Below are positions 39,548-49,576 of a DNA stretch of 64,000 nucleotides, piece by piece. The position numbers and the translations under genes are program-made. Under the pieces are notes generated by a model. The model had not been told where the DNA came from, made no database searches, and saw only the letters and a program-made list of their open reading frames with translations. Each line of letters begins with the position of its first letter. Position 1 is the stretch's first letter. Origin of the DNA: Leptospirales bacterium (GTDB lineage Bacteria > Spirochaetota > Leptospiria > Turneriellales > JAOUFE01); the NCBI GenBank assembly GCA_040326155.1, contig JBEQLE010000011.1:1-64000 (forward strand), written 5' to 3'.

Positions 39548-40911
39548 TATTTTATGTATACAGTTTTAACGTTTGCAAACTCAAGCATTCCATATTCTGA
39601 AAGTTCCCTTCCAAAACCGGACGACTTAATACCCCCAAAAGGCAACCTCGGGTCAGACTTTACAAAATCGTTCATAAAAACACTTCCAGCCTGAATTTTA
39701 TATCGGGCAAGCTTTTCCATACGGTCAATATCCTTACTGAATAGAGCCGCTCCAAGACCATAATTCGTTAAAGCCGCCAGACGAACGGCCTCAAGCTCGG
39801 TAGAAAATGAAGTGACGGCCGCAACCGGACCAAACGTCTCTTCCTCCCACGCTGTCATACCGGGTTTTACACCCGATAAAATTGTAGCCGGATAATAAAA
39901 CCCTTTCTTATTCGGAATTTTACCTCCGAGTTCAAGTTTCGCTCCTTCTTGAACCGTTCTCTCAACCTGAATATGAATATGATCTCGAAGATCTTTGCGC
40001 GCCATCGGCCCCAGGTCTACTTCACCATCTGGAGCACCCATCTGTTTGGATTTCATTTTTTCTATAAACATTTCCATAAAGGCAGGGTAAATTTTTTCAT
40101 CGACAATAAAACGTTTCGCAGAAATACAGCTCTGCCCACAGTTTAACAACCTGGAATTTACACAACTCTCCACGGTTTGTTCCAGATCGGCGTCTTGAAA
40201 CACAATATAAGGGTCAGACCCTCCCAATTCCAAAACCGAGGGTTTCAGGTTTCGACCGGCCAATTCAGCGACAGCCTTCCCGGCTTTCTCACTTCCTGTC
40301 AGCGAAACTCCCTGCACAAAATCATTTTCTAAAATAAAAGGCACTTGATCAACCGATATGGGAAGATTTTGAAAAACTCCCTCTGGGTAACCCGCATCTA
40401 TAAAAACCTTTTCAATCGCCATTGCGCATTTCATAACGTTTGGAGCGTGTTTTAGCAGTACTGAATTACCAACCATAATGACTGGCAAGGCAAAACGAAA
40501 AACCTGCCACAGTGGAAAATTCCAAGGCATAATTCCAAGAATAGTTCCCAGGGGTTGTATGGTCACATAACTTTTTGACGCTTCTGTTTTTATCTCTTTA
40601 TCTTCTAAAAAAATTGGCCCGTTTGTGGCATAATAATCGGCTAAAACTGCACACTTTTCGACCTCAGCAAGCGACTGCGCAATCGGTTTACCCACTTCAA
40701 GCGTAATGAGTTTCGCAAGGTCCTCTTTTTGCTCTCGCAATATTATCGCAGTTTTTTTTAAATATTTTGCACGAGTGTACAAATAAAGCAACCTCCACTC
40801 CATATAAGCGTGGTGCCCTTTTTCAATTTTATTGATAATTTCTTTTCGATTTACAGGTTCAAACGTTTCAATACGTTCTTCTGTAGCCGGATTAATACTT
40901 TCCAGTTTCAT
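39547..40911 (-). CDS. NAD(P)-dependent succinate-semialdehyde dehydrogenase family aldehyde dehydrogenase
   Basis: MPWNFP, LELGGSD, GQSCIS, EETFGP, PFGGIKSSG. Confidence 0.93.
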   Translation of the reverse strand: MKLESINPATEERIETFEPVNRKEIINKIEKGHHAYMEWRLLYLYTRAKYLKKTAIILREQKEDLAKLITLEVGKPIAQSLAEVEKCAVLADYYATNGPIFLEDKEIKTEASKSYVTIQPLGTILGIMPWNFPLWQVFRFALPVIMVGNSVLLKHAPNVMKCAMAIEKVFIDAGYPEGVFQNLPISVDQVPFILENDFVQGVSLTGSEKAGKAVAELAGRNLKPSVLELGGSDPYIVFQDADLEQTVESCVNSRLLNCGQSCISAKRFIVDEKIYPAFMEMFIEKMKSKQMGAPDGEVDLGPMARKDLRDHIHIQVERTVQEGAKLELGGKIPNKKGFYYPATILSGVKPGMTAWEEETFGPVAAVTSFSTELEAVRLAALTNYGLGAALFSKDIDRMEKLARYKIQAGSVFMNDFVKSDPRLPFGGIKSSGFGRELSEYGMLEFANVKTVYIK

Positions 40912-40947
40912 GATAAATACCACCCAAACGAATTAATTTCGTTATTT

Positions 40948-41817
40948 CTAAAGTTCTATTACTAGGTTAGGTATCTTTTTTAGAGAACCGTCTTGCATCA
41001 AGGGAAAAAGGTGAGCCATATCACCCGGTGTTACCACCAACTCTCCCCAGATTGATCCGCATTTTTGAAGAACCTGGAATGCTTCTTTCTTTTTATTGAC
41101 CCCGACAAGAGCCTTTGCATGAAGATAAAGTGCTTCTGGGTCAGAATCACCCCATTCATCTAAATGAAGTTTAATATGCGCCAGCGCTTCTTCATAATTT
41201 TGTTTTTTTAAATAGATATCGGCTATAAGGTCGTGATACAAAAACTCATTAGAAAGTTTCGAACAATGTTCGAATAAAATTAGCGATCTCCAGAGGTATC
41301 CGCTGTAATAGTATATTAAAGATATCTCAAGATAGACAAAGTATAATTCTGCATTTCTTTCTTTTGCTGCAATCTTATTTACTCTCAGGCATCGTTTCAA
41401 AATACTGATGGCCTCTTTTGAGCGGTTTTTCTCACGCAAAAACTGTGAATAGATGAGAGAGTATCGGGTATTTGTGGGAAATAGACAGACCGCTCTGAGA
41501 TATAAACGGTTTGCCCGTTCCATATCGTCCAGTTTATGAAACATGGTTGCGCCAATAAATGCAATCTGACCACTCACTGGATGCCTCGAAAGCAAACCAT
41601 CGACATATTCCACAGCCGATTTAACATTACCTACCTGCATTAAACAGCTGACCTTAATATTTGCTATTTTCGAGATCAAATGTATATGGTCAGTTTTTTT
41701 CTCAACAATCGTTAACAGGTTAAATGCTTGAGTATATTTTTCTTGTTCAAAAAGCGATAGCGCTTTTCGAACATCTACAAAGATTTCTTTTCGATTATTA
41801 CCCATTTCTATACCCAC
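40948..41817 (-). CDS. TPR-repeat protein
   Basis: Helical repeat patterns throughout. Confidence 0.75.
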   Translation of the reverse strand: MGIEMGNNRKEIFVDVRKALSLFEQEKYTQAFNLLTIVEKKTDHIHLISKIANIKVSCLMQVGNVKSAVEYVDGLLSRHPVSGQIAFIGATMFHKLDDMERANRLYLRAVCLFPTNTRYSLIYSQFLREKNRSKEAISILKRCLRVNKIAAKERNAELYFVYLEISLIYYYSGYLWRSLILFEHCSKLSNEFLYHDLIADIYLKKQNYEEALAHIKLHLDEWGDSDPEALYLHAKALVGVNKKKEAFQVLQKCGSIWGELVVTPGDMAHLFPLMQDGSLKKIPNLVIEL

Positions 41818-41948
41818 TTATACACATAAAAACACTATTGCTATTCTGTCAATAAAAATCAGGATATATAATTTAATAATTTTCCCCCTGCTCAATGTTG
41901 TACAGTGTACCTTTCCTTTAGTATCGACAAAGAAAATGAGCAACCACT

Positions 41949-42671
41949 ATGAAAGACGAAATCTATAAAAACAGGCGCAATAGAATCGAGAAATTTACTT
42001 TTAGCAAAGAAGTATCTCAAGTTTTTGATGATATGATTCGTCGCTCTGTTCCCGGTTATCTCGAAAATATTTTTATGTGTACTGACCTGATAAATGAAAT
42101 TTATAACGGAGAAGGCATTTTATACGATCTTGGATGTTCAACCGCAGCTCTGCCCATATCTTTAAGTGAAAAATTCAATGAAAAACCGTTTACATATACA
42201 GGTATCGATAATTCAGAAGCAATGGTAGATAAAGCCCGAAACAACACAAAAAACCTGCCTGAACACCATAATATTCAATTTGTTGCAGGGGATATTCGTG
42301 AATTCGATTTCTCAAATGCTGCCATTTTCATCGCCTCTTATACTCTACAGTTTATTCCACCCGGTGAAAGAGAAGAGCTGGTGAAAAAAATATTCGACCG
42401 GCTACCACCCGGCGGAACTTTTATTATGAGCGAAAAAGTACTTGAAGAACATATACAAGCGACTGAAATTTTCAAAACTATGCATTACTTGCTAAAAAAA
42501 GACCAGGGCTACTCTGATATCGAAATCTCCCAGAAAAGAGAGGCTATTGAAGAAATACTTGTCCCCTTCACCGTCGAAAATAATTTGAAAATGCTGAAAG
42601 AAGCCGGGTTTGCGTCCGCTTCCATTTTTTTAAAAAAATATAATTTTACATCGTTTATAGCTATAAAATGA
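41949..42671 (+). CDS. cmoA: Carboxy-SAM synthase
   Basis: VFDDMIRRSVPGY, YDLGCS, TLQF, EISQKREAIE. Confidence 0.95.
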   Translation: MKDEIYKNRRNRIEKFTFSKEVSQVFDDMIRRSVPGYLENIFMCTDLINEIYNGEGILYDLGCSTAALPISLSEKFNEKPFTYTGIDNSEAMVDKARNNTKNLPEHHNIQFVAGDIREFDFSNAAIFIASYTLQFIPPGEREELVKKIFDRLPPGGTFIMSEKVLEEHIQATEIFKTMHYLLKKDQGYSDIEISQKREAIEEILVPFTVENNLKMLKEAGFASASIFLKKYNFTSFIAIK

Positions 42672-43663
42672 TACCAGTCAATCTAAAATACCTCGAACCC
42701 TATGGTGTAAATATCCGTCCTTTAGAACGAGATCTCTACTTGCGTCATCGTTATTTAACGGACCCATTAAATATGAAATTATGCCGGGCGCTGGCACACG
42801 TTCCCGACGTTAAAGCTGAAATAAAAAATTACTCCGGCTCGGTTGTTCAAATCGGCGATCGCTCTGAAATTGACGAGCCAACATGGCAAGCCATCGATCA
42901 GGGTTTACATTCTTTTATTCCCTGGAAAAAAGGGCCGTTCAATATTTTCGGAACAGAAATTGAGGCCGAATGGCGTAGCGATCTGAAATGGGACCGAATC
43001 GCCCCTTACATGGGTTCTTTGGATGGAAAAGTAATAGCAGATATCGGCTGTAGCAATGGTTACTTTATGTTTCGAATGCTGGATGAAAACCCCCAGTTGG
43101 TTTTCGGTATTGACCCGACCAGAAGGGTGAAATTGACGTTTGAGTACCTGCAAAATTTTGCCAGAGAAGATAAACTTAAAACTGAACTTCTCGGGTTTGA
43201 GCACCTGCCCGCGTTTACCGAAGTTTTTGATATAATATTTTGCATGGGTATTTTATATCATCATAGCGACCCCGTTAGTATTTTAAAAAATAGTCTACGG
43301 GCTTTAAACCCAGGAGGGCGAATTATTCTCGAAACAATGGGAATATCGGGAACGGACCCGGTTTGTATTTTTCCCGAAAAAAGATACGCAAGCATGAAAA
43401 ATGTCTGGTTTATTCCAACACAGACAGTCATTGAGAGCTGGCTCATTCGAGCGGGGTTTGAAGATATTGAGTTAATTTTCAATGAGAAATTATCGAGCAA
43501 TGAACAAAGGGTCACCGAATGGTCCCCCGGTCTCAGCTTGAAAGATTTTCTCGATAGCGACAACCCCGAAAAAACCATCGAAGGGTATGAACGTCCAAGC
43601 AGAATATATTTTGCAGCGAGAAAAAAAAATCTGCCGAAATTCCCGCTCCGAAATTCCCGTTAA
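42668..43663 (+). CDS. cmoB: tRNA U34 carboxymethyltransferase
   Basis: PWKKGPF, EWRSDLKW, GILYH, RYASMKNVWFIP, TIEGY. Confidence 0.95.
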   Translation: MIPVNLKYLEPYGVNIRPLERDLYLRHRYLTDPLNMKLCRALAHVPDVKAEIKNYSGSVVQIGDRSEIDEPTWQAIDQGLHSFIPWKKGPFNIFGTEIEAEWRSDLKWDRIAPYMGSLDGKVIADIGCSNGYFMFRMLDENPQLVFGIDPTRRVKLTFEYLQNFAREDKLKTELLGFEHLPAFTEVFDIIFCMGILYHHSDPVSILKNSLRALNPGGRIILETMGISGTDPVCIFPEKRYASMKNVWFIPTQTVIESWLIRAGFEDIELIFNEKLSSNEQRVTEWSPGLSLKDFLDSDNPEKTIEGYERPSRIYFAARKKNLPKFPLRNSR

Positions 43664-43720
43664 GGGTTTAAAGCAAAGGTTTTTTGTTGACGATACGGTA
43701 CTGCTCATGAGTCCTAACTC

Positions 43721-44698
43721 ATGAGCCAGATAAGAAGACCACGTAGAAACCGCCGTAGCGAAGCCATTCGTTCTCTGGTCCGAGAAACATATGTTCCGGT
43801 AGAAAAATTAATTCACCCGATCTTTATAGTAGACGGAGAAAATAAAAAAATACCCGTCGAATCTATGCCGGGTATATTCCGATTCTCCCTCGATCTTGCC
43901 TTAGAAGACGTGCGCGAATGCCTCTCGCTGGGAATTCAAAGTGTTATTTTATTTCCTGCCATTGAAGAAAAGCTAAAAGATGCAACGGCCTCTTATAGTA
44001 CAAACCCGGAAAATATTAATTTAAGGGCCATTCGAGAAATAAAGAAACACTTTCCAGAAATTACTGTAATAACCGATGTTGCCATGGACCCCTACAGTTC
44101 GGACGGTCACGATGGACTGGTTAAAGACGGACAAATCTTAAATGATGAAACATTGCCTATTCTGGCGAAAATGGCTTTGGCCCAGGCTGAAGCGGGGGCC
44201 GATATTCTTGGACCTTCCGATATGATGGACGGTCGAGTTGGATTCTTGCGCGAAGCGCTCGACGACGCCGGATATACAAATGTTGGTATCATGTCTTATA
44301 CTGCTAAATATGCGAGCGCTTTTTATGGACCTTTTCGAGACGCTCTGGACTCAGCGCCAAAAGCTGGCGATAAAAAAACCTACCAGATGGACTATGCCAA
44401 TACAACCGAAGCTTTAATTGAGGCCGAACTGGACACCCTCGAAGGGGCCGATTATTTAATAGTGAAACCAGCTCTGGCTTACCTCGATATTATCAAGACG
44501 TTAAAACAAAACTGCGATCTTCCCATTGTTGCCTACAATGTCAGTGGGGAATACTCTATGGTCAAAGCCGCTGCCATACAAGGATGGCTTGAAGAAGATA
44601 AAATAATGGTCGAAATGCTGACCAGCATTCGAAGGGCCGGAGCCGATATTATTATCACTTATTTTGCCAAACAATACGCGAAATTCATGAAAAGTTAA
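43721..44698 (+). CDS. hemB: Porphobilinogen synthase
   Basis: DPYSSDGHDG, SDMMDGR, SAFYGPFRDA, VKP, YNVSGEY. Confidence 0.97.
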   Translation: MSQIRRPRRNRRSEAIRSLVRETYVPVEKLIHPIFIVDGENKKIPVESMPGIFRFSLDLALEDVRECLSLGIQSVILFPAIEEKLKDATASYSTNPENINLRAIREIKKHFPEITVITDVAMDPYSSDGHDGLVKDGQILNDETLPILAKMALAQAEAGADILGPSDMMDGRVGFLREALDDAGYTNVGIMSYTAKYASAFYGPFRDALDSAPKAGDKKTYQMDYANTTEALIEAELDTLEGADYLIVKPALAYLDIIKTLKQNCDLPIVAYNVSGEYSMVKAAAIQGWLEEDKIMVEMLTSIRRAGADIIITYFAKQYAKFMKS

Positions 44699-44719
44699 AA
44701 CGCGTTTCTTGCGCAAAAA

Positions 44720-46105
44720 CTAAGCTTTCGCTGTTATATAAGTGTTCAGATCACTTCCCGGAACCGGTTTTATTCCAACGGATTTCATCAGTGAAACAGC
44801 TTCGCCGGTAAAATTTCCGCTTGATATAAATACGCCTGCATGAGCCCGAATACCATCCATGAATTTAATTAAAATATCAACCTGATCGACGTCAAATAAC
44901 GAAACATTCCTGCGAATAAAAACAGCTACGCGGTCAAGATCGGCAAGTTTGTTTTCTGCAATAATATTCACTGCATTATCGCTTCCCATTTCAACACGCA
45001 CCACTTTCAGGTTCATCTTATCCATTATCGAGTCGATTGTTTTTTGAAAGTCAACATGTGACAATTTATCAAAACCTGCGTTTTGGTTAGAGTCCATAGC
45101 CGGTTTAAAAAAACGTATTTTGTCTTGAATTTCTCGAAACTCAGGATCAATCTGAAATACTGTTTTATAAAGTTCTACCGCCTCGGGGTAATCTCCGTTG
45201 GCTTCATATAGTTCGGCCATGAAGTATTTAGAATTTAAATCAACGATAGGATCTTCATATTTACTGAGAACGGCTTCCAGAGATTGACGACTGTATGTAA
45301 AAGCCGAATCCATAGTCCCTTTTTCATAATTGTAAACCGCCAATCTGTACAAAGTCGTTTTAATAAACTCTTTTGCCCGAGCAGCTCTTGAAAAATACCC
45401 CATAGCTTCTTCTTTTACACCAAGCTTATACAAAGATTCGCCAATAATAAAATTAGCTTTTAAGTTGTCGGGGTCAGCCGCCGCCAGAGGACGCGATTCC
45501 TGCAAAGCATCGTCATATTTTTCATTTTTATAGTACAAAACAGCAAGTAGATATTTTACGTCATAACGCTCCGGGTAGGTGTTTAACACTTCGAGTAATA
45601 AATCTCTAGCTTCATTATCAAATAGACCGGCATCAAACTTCAGTTGAATAATATAAAGAAGATGATTCACATTCTGAGGCTCTGCTTCCATCAATTTGTA
45701 ACAAACCTCCATTTGTTCATTGATCAGTTTTAACCGTTCAAAACGTTCCAGTAGCTCATGCAAAACATCAAGTTTGTTGAACCTTTCTATATCGGGAAGA
45801 TTCTTTTCGGGAATTATATAGTTGTCGATTTTAATAATTTCATTTAACGGTTCAATTGCTTCAACGTCTTTTCCCTTTTTTGTTAAAGAAAGCGCCAGGT
45901 ACCAATGAAACACTGAGTTGTAAGGATGATCGTAAATACAATTTCGAAACGCCGCTTCGGCCTGGTCATATTGGTTTAAACTATACAGGTTTAAAGCGTC
46001 GTAAAAGGGCTGCATTTTATTGCCTGTATTTTTTTTTATATAAATGTAAATACCGCCAATTAAAATTGTTATTACTGCGAATAAAATAAAAGCAAATACC
46101 ATCAA
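44720..46105 (-). CDS. Membrane-anchored TPR protein with C-terminal Mrr-like domain
   Basis: N-terminal TM, multiple TPRs, then GVFISSGNFTGEA-type Mrr_cat pattern. Confidence 0.75.
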   Translation of the reverse strand: MMVFAFILFAVITILIGGIYIYIKKNTGNKMQPFYDALNLYSLNQYDQAEAAFRNCIYDHPYNSVFHWYLALSLTKKGKDVEAIEPLNEIIKIDNYIIPEKNLPDIERFNKLDVLHELLERFERLKLINEQMEVCYKLMEAEPQNVNHLLYIIQLKFDAGLFDNEARDLLLEVLNTYPERYDVKYLLAVLYYKNEKYDDALQESRPLAAADPDNLKANFIIGESLYKLGVKEEAMGYFSRAARAKEFIKTTLYRLAVYNYEKGTMDSAFTYSRQSLEAVLSKYEDPIVDLNSKYFMAELYEANGDYPEAVELYKTVFQIDPEFREIQDKIRFFKPAMDSNQNAGFDKLSHVDFQKTIDSIMDKMNLKVVRVEMGSDNAVNIIAENKLADLDRVAVFIRRNVSLFDVDQVDILIKFMDGIRAHAGVFISSGNFTGEAVSLMKSVGIKPVPGSDLNTYITAKA

Positions 46106-46143
46106 CGCCTCTTTTTTGTTTTTTTACTTAAAGAACACGTTTT

Positions 46144-47025
46144 TTAATAAACTTCTATGTGCCACCTTTTTTCTTGTTTAAATTCTTCGCGCATTTCTTC
46201 CCAGTTTTTACCTTTCGAGTCGGCGACTTTTTCAAACAGGTCATTTATACCTTCCTCTACTCCTTTTAAACCGCATAAATAAAAAGAAAAGTTCTTCTTC
46301 TCTATGGTTTCCCATATCGCTTCCTGGTTTTCTTCTATGGAGTGTTGTACATATTTTTTTTCACCGCTGCGACTTAAAGCCTGAAATGCTTTAAAAGTTT
46401 CTTCTTCGTAATACTGACCAATGTCATTATTTTCATCATTCATATAAATGGCTTCCATACCTGTTTTTGCCCCGAAGAATAAAAACAAGTTGCCATTCCA
46501 TGATTTTCTTTCTTTATAAATATGATGAAGGAAAGCTCGAAAAGGGGCTATTCCGGTGCCGACAGCGACCATTATTAAATCGGTTGTATCGTCTTCGGGT
46601 AAAATAAATGTTCGGCCTACCGGTCCGGTTATAAGCAGTTTTTCGCCTGGAGTCAAGTCGCACAAATAATTCGATGCAAGCCCTTTCACGATCTTTCCGG
46701 TCTCTTCGTCTGTAAAAATGACCCGCTTCACGGTCAGGGCAAGTATGCCCTCTTGGCCGCCTTCTCCTCCCCTGGCCGACGCAATGGAGTAAAGTCTGGG
46801 TCGATTTCTTTTGCCGCGCTCGTCTTCGCCAGGTACAATAACACCGATCGATTGTCCTTCTTTATAATGAATACCGCTGCCTTTGAACTCAATGAGCAGG
46901 TGTCGAATGTCATCGGGACTATCGGCTCCTGTAATTCTGGTACTTTCCACCAGAGTAGCCTCAAATGGTTTGCTGGGTTTATATACAATGCCTTCTAATT
47001 CCAGTTTTTTTTGTGTTATATTCAT
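46144..47025 (-). CDS. Plant-type ferredoxin-NADP+ reductase
   Basis: RLYSIAS, GLASNYLCD, GTGIAPFR, YLCGLKG, C-terminal EVY. Confidence 0.95.
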   Translation of the reverse strand: MNITQKKLELEGIVYKPSKPFEATLVESTRITGADSPDDIRHLLIEFKGSGIHYKEGQSIGVIVPGEDERGKRNRPRLYSIASARGGEGGQEGILALTVKRVIFTDEETGKIVKGLASNYLCDLTPGEKLLITGPVGRTFILPEDDTTDLIMVAVGTGIAPFRAFLHHIYKERKSWNGNLFLFFGAKTGMEAIYMNDENNDIGQYYEEETFKAFQALSRSGEKKYVQHSIEENQEAIWETIEKKNFSFYLCGLKGVEEGINDLFEKVADSKGKNWEEMREEFKQEKRWHIEVY

Positions 47026-47221
47026 TATAGACTCCGGTTAGAAAATTCGATAATGTAATTTAAGCACAATTCGATAAATTTTCAAAAAATACCATTTTAT
47101 ATTATAAAAAAACCTGCTATTTTTTATGGTTCGACCCAACATCCATATAACTTCTCCCCGCTTTAAAAATGAAAAGAGAGAACGCCGGTAACGGTGACTG
47201 GCGAACCGGCCTGAAAAAACT

Positions 47222-48313
47222 TTAATAAAAATACTTTTTATATCTATATGCGAAAGTCTGACGCGGCAAACCCAACAGAGCAGCGGCGCTTGTCTGGTTC
47301 CCATCGGCTTCGGTAATCGCCCACGAAAGAGCTTTTTTCTCTTCGTCGGCGAGTATGTCGTTTAAAGATTTTCCTGAATAACCGGTTCGGTGTTCGGGCT
47401 GGGCAGAGAGTAACACCTGGCTAGAAACCGGTTTTTCTGTCTCTTCTGGTGATGATGAATTTGCCAATAACTTAGAGGTTGCCTGGTCACGATCTATCCA
47501 GAATAGATACCCGATGACGGTTGGACGACTTCCGCGTTCATCCAGAAGAGATCTCATTTTAAGGATTGCCCTCGGAACAAAATCGGAAAATTCAAGCGTC
47601 GACTGGATGGTTAAATCACCCTCAAAAGCCATGCGGGCCATTTTATCTTTGGCTTTATCCATAAGATCTAAGGTTTCTAAATGAGGATATTTTACCCTGA
47701 AAGAGTCCCAATCGTTATTAAAAAACAGGGTCTTTCCTTTTAAGTCTACGGCAAGCATGGGAAGCGGCAAAGCCTCTAATGCCAAAAGGCTTAAATTCGG
47801 ATTTGCATCCAGACTGGTTTGAAAACCTTGAAAGACTTTTTCAACCTGTGGCGAAGGTTCTGACCCCGCTTGAGATATAATGATTTTTGGTTTTGGCGTT
47901 TTTGTAATAATCTTTTTGATATCGACTGGTTCTGAAAAAGAGGGTTTTTTACGAGACGGTTCAAACTCGATCAATTGTTCAGCTTCTTCAAGTTCACCCC
48001 ACGCATCGATAATTTCCCGACGTCCCAACAGACCCTGGACCTCAAAAAAGAAATCGACAGCAGGTAAAACCCGTATATTATCTTGTAAAACCCCATACTG
48101 TTGAAAAAGCTCTAACAAAGATTCCAGGTCAGACAATTCACGCAACGGCGGCGCCTCCGCTAATTGCACACTCTCCAGATCGCTCATTAAACTTTCGATA
48201 TCACTCTTAAAAAAAGCCCCTTCAATAGACTTTTTTTCGTTGAATAACAAAATCAGTGAAACTTCATACCTGAAAAAGGTTCGTAAAAGTTGCTGTAAGG
48301 GTTCTTTTTCCAT
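47222..48313 (-). CDS. Fis-type HTH protein with PAS-like segment and no AAA+ domain
   Basis: GNQTSAAALLGLPRQTFAYR; LEALPLPMLAVDLKGKTLFFN. Confidence 0.8.
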   Translation of the reverse strand: MEKEPLQQLLRTFFRYEVSLILLFNEKKSIEGAFFKSDIESLMSDLESVQLAEAPPLRELSDLESLLELFQQYGVLQDNIRVLPAVDFFFEVQGLLGRREIIDAWGELEEAEQLIEFEPSRKKPSFSEPVDIKKIITKTPKPKIIISQAGSEPSPQVEKVFQGFQTSLDANPNLSLLALEALPLPMLAVDLKGKTLFFNNDWDSFRVKYPHLETLDLMDKAKDKMARMAFEGDLTIQSTLEFSDFVPRAILKMRSLLDERGSRPTVIGYLFWIDRDQATSKLLANSSSPEETEKPVSSQVLLSAQPEHRTGYSGKSLNDILADEEKKALSWAITEADGNQTSAAALLGLPRQTFAYRYKKYFY

Positions 48314-48363
48314 ATCCAGGGTTAGATCTAAACAAAATTGATATGGTGTAAAGACGATTACAA

Positions 48364-48401
48364 TTAGTCGTGGCACGCGATTCATCGCGTGCCACGACTA
48401 A
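48364..48401. repeat. REP-type palindrome, copy 2
   Basis: ttagtcgtggcacgcgat-tc-atcgcgtgccacgactaa, perfect 18-bp arms. Confidence 0.85.
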
Positions 48402-48465
48402 AAATTTTATTATATCTATCATTTTTTTTTGTTGACTTTTTCATTTTTTTACCGTTATAAAACTT

Positions 48466-48870
48466 ATGGCATTAGAATGGACAACTAAAATCGCCGTTGG
48501 GGTAGACCTCATCGACGATCAACACAAAGAACTTTTCGATAGAACGAACAGACTTTTGGAAACCTGTAGAAGCGGGGGAAGTGAAGATGAGGTGATAAAA
48601 TCACTCTCTTTTTTAGAAGAGTATGTTGCGCAACATTTAAAAGACGAAGAAGATCTTCAAAGAGACCATAATTACCCGGATTACAAAGCTCATAAGGAGC
48701 AGCACCAAATTTTCTTGCAAAAAGTGGCCGAGATTAAAGCGGACATTGATTCAAGAGGCGCAACCCTGGTAAATGTGATAAAGACAACAAATCTTTTTGT
48801 TTCCTGGTTAAGTAAACACATAAGTCAGGAAGATAAAAAGTTGGGTGAATTTCTGACTGGTAAAGTCTGA
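48466..48870 (+). CDS. Bacteriohemerythrin
   Basis: IDDQHKEL, HLKDEE, H...H, WLSKHISQED. Confidence 0.93.
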   Translation: MALEWTTKIAVGVDLIDDQHKELFDRTNRLLETCRSGGSEDEVIKSLSFLEEYVAQHLKDEEDLQRDHNYPDYKAHKEQHQIFLQKVAEIKADIDSRGATLVNVIKTTNLFVSWLSKHISQEDKKLGEFLTGKV

Positions 48871-48880
48871 TTTTCTAATT

Positions 48881-48931
48881 ATAAAAAGTCGGTGTTTCTA
48901 CTGTTTAAAACAGAGAAAACCGACTTTTTAT
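48881..48931 (+). terminator. Intrinsic terminator-like hairpin
   Basis: ataaaaagtcggt...accgactttttat directly after the hemerythrin stop. Confidence 0.7.
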
Positions 48932-48994
48932 TTAATACAATAGTATACCAGGTAAAATATTGCCATAGTAGAAATTTATTGCTATGTTGACTTA

Positions 48995-49519
48995 ATGTCA
49001 CAAAAAAAATCATTTTCAACAAAAATTGAATCTTTTTTCTTCTCTACCTTCGGCTCCAGTCGGGAACAAAAGATAAAAGAAGGTGACACTGCTTTAAACT
49101 ACTCTCTAACCGGCAAAGATGGAGATTTTGAATTCAAACCAGGTGACGGACGATGGAAAATTATCTACTTTTACCCGAAAGACAACACTCCCGGATGCAC
49201 AACCCAGGCAAAAACGTTTACCGCCTTGAAAGATCAATTTGAAAAGTTGCATACCGATATACTGGGTATCAGCAACGATACGGCGCAAAGCCACACCAGC
49301 TTTCAAAAAAAACATTCTTTAAAGATTAACCTGTATAGCGATCCTTCGAGCAAGATCGCCGACGATTTTGGCATAAAAACATTAAAAGGGATGTGTGCCC
49401 GAGACACTGTTGTAATTAACCCCTCTGGTACGATAGAAAAAATTTATAGAGGTGTCGACCCTCGGGCGGGCGGTTTAGCTCTTTTAGAATATATCGAAAA
49501 TCAAAATAAGACATTTTAG
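48995..49519 (+). CDS. Peroxiredoxin (BCP/PrxQ family)
   Basis: YFYPKDNTPGCT. Confidence 0.92.
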   Translation: MSQKKSFSTKIESFFFSTFGSSREQKIKEGDTALNYSLTGKDGDFEFKPGDGRWKIIYFYPKDNTPGCTTQAKTFTALKDQFEKLHTDILGISNDTAQSHTSFQKKHSLKINLYSDPSSKIADDFGIKTLKGMCARDTVVINPSGTIEKIYRGVDPRAGGLALLEYIENQNKTF

Positions 49520-49576
49520 CCAAATATAATAGTCGACAATACAAGTCATATTAAGCGATAAACAGCGGAAAACCGC

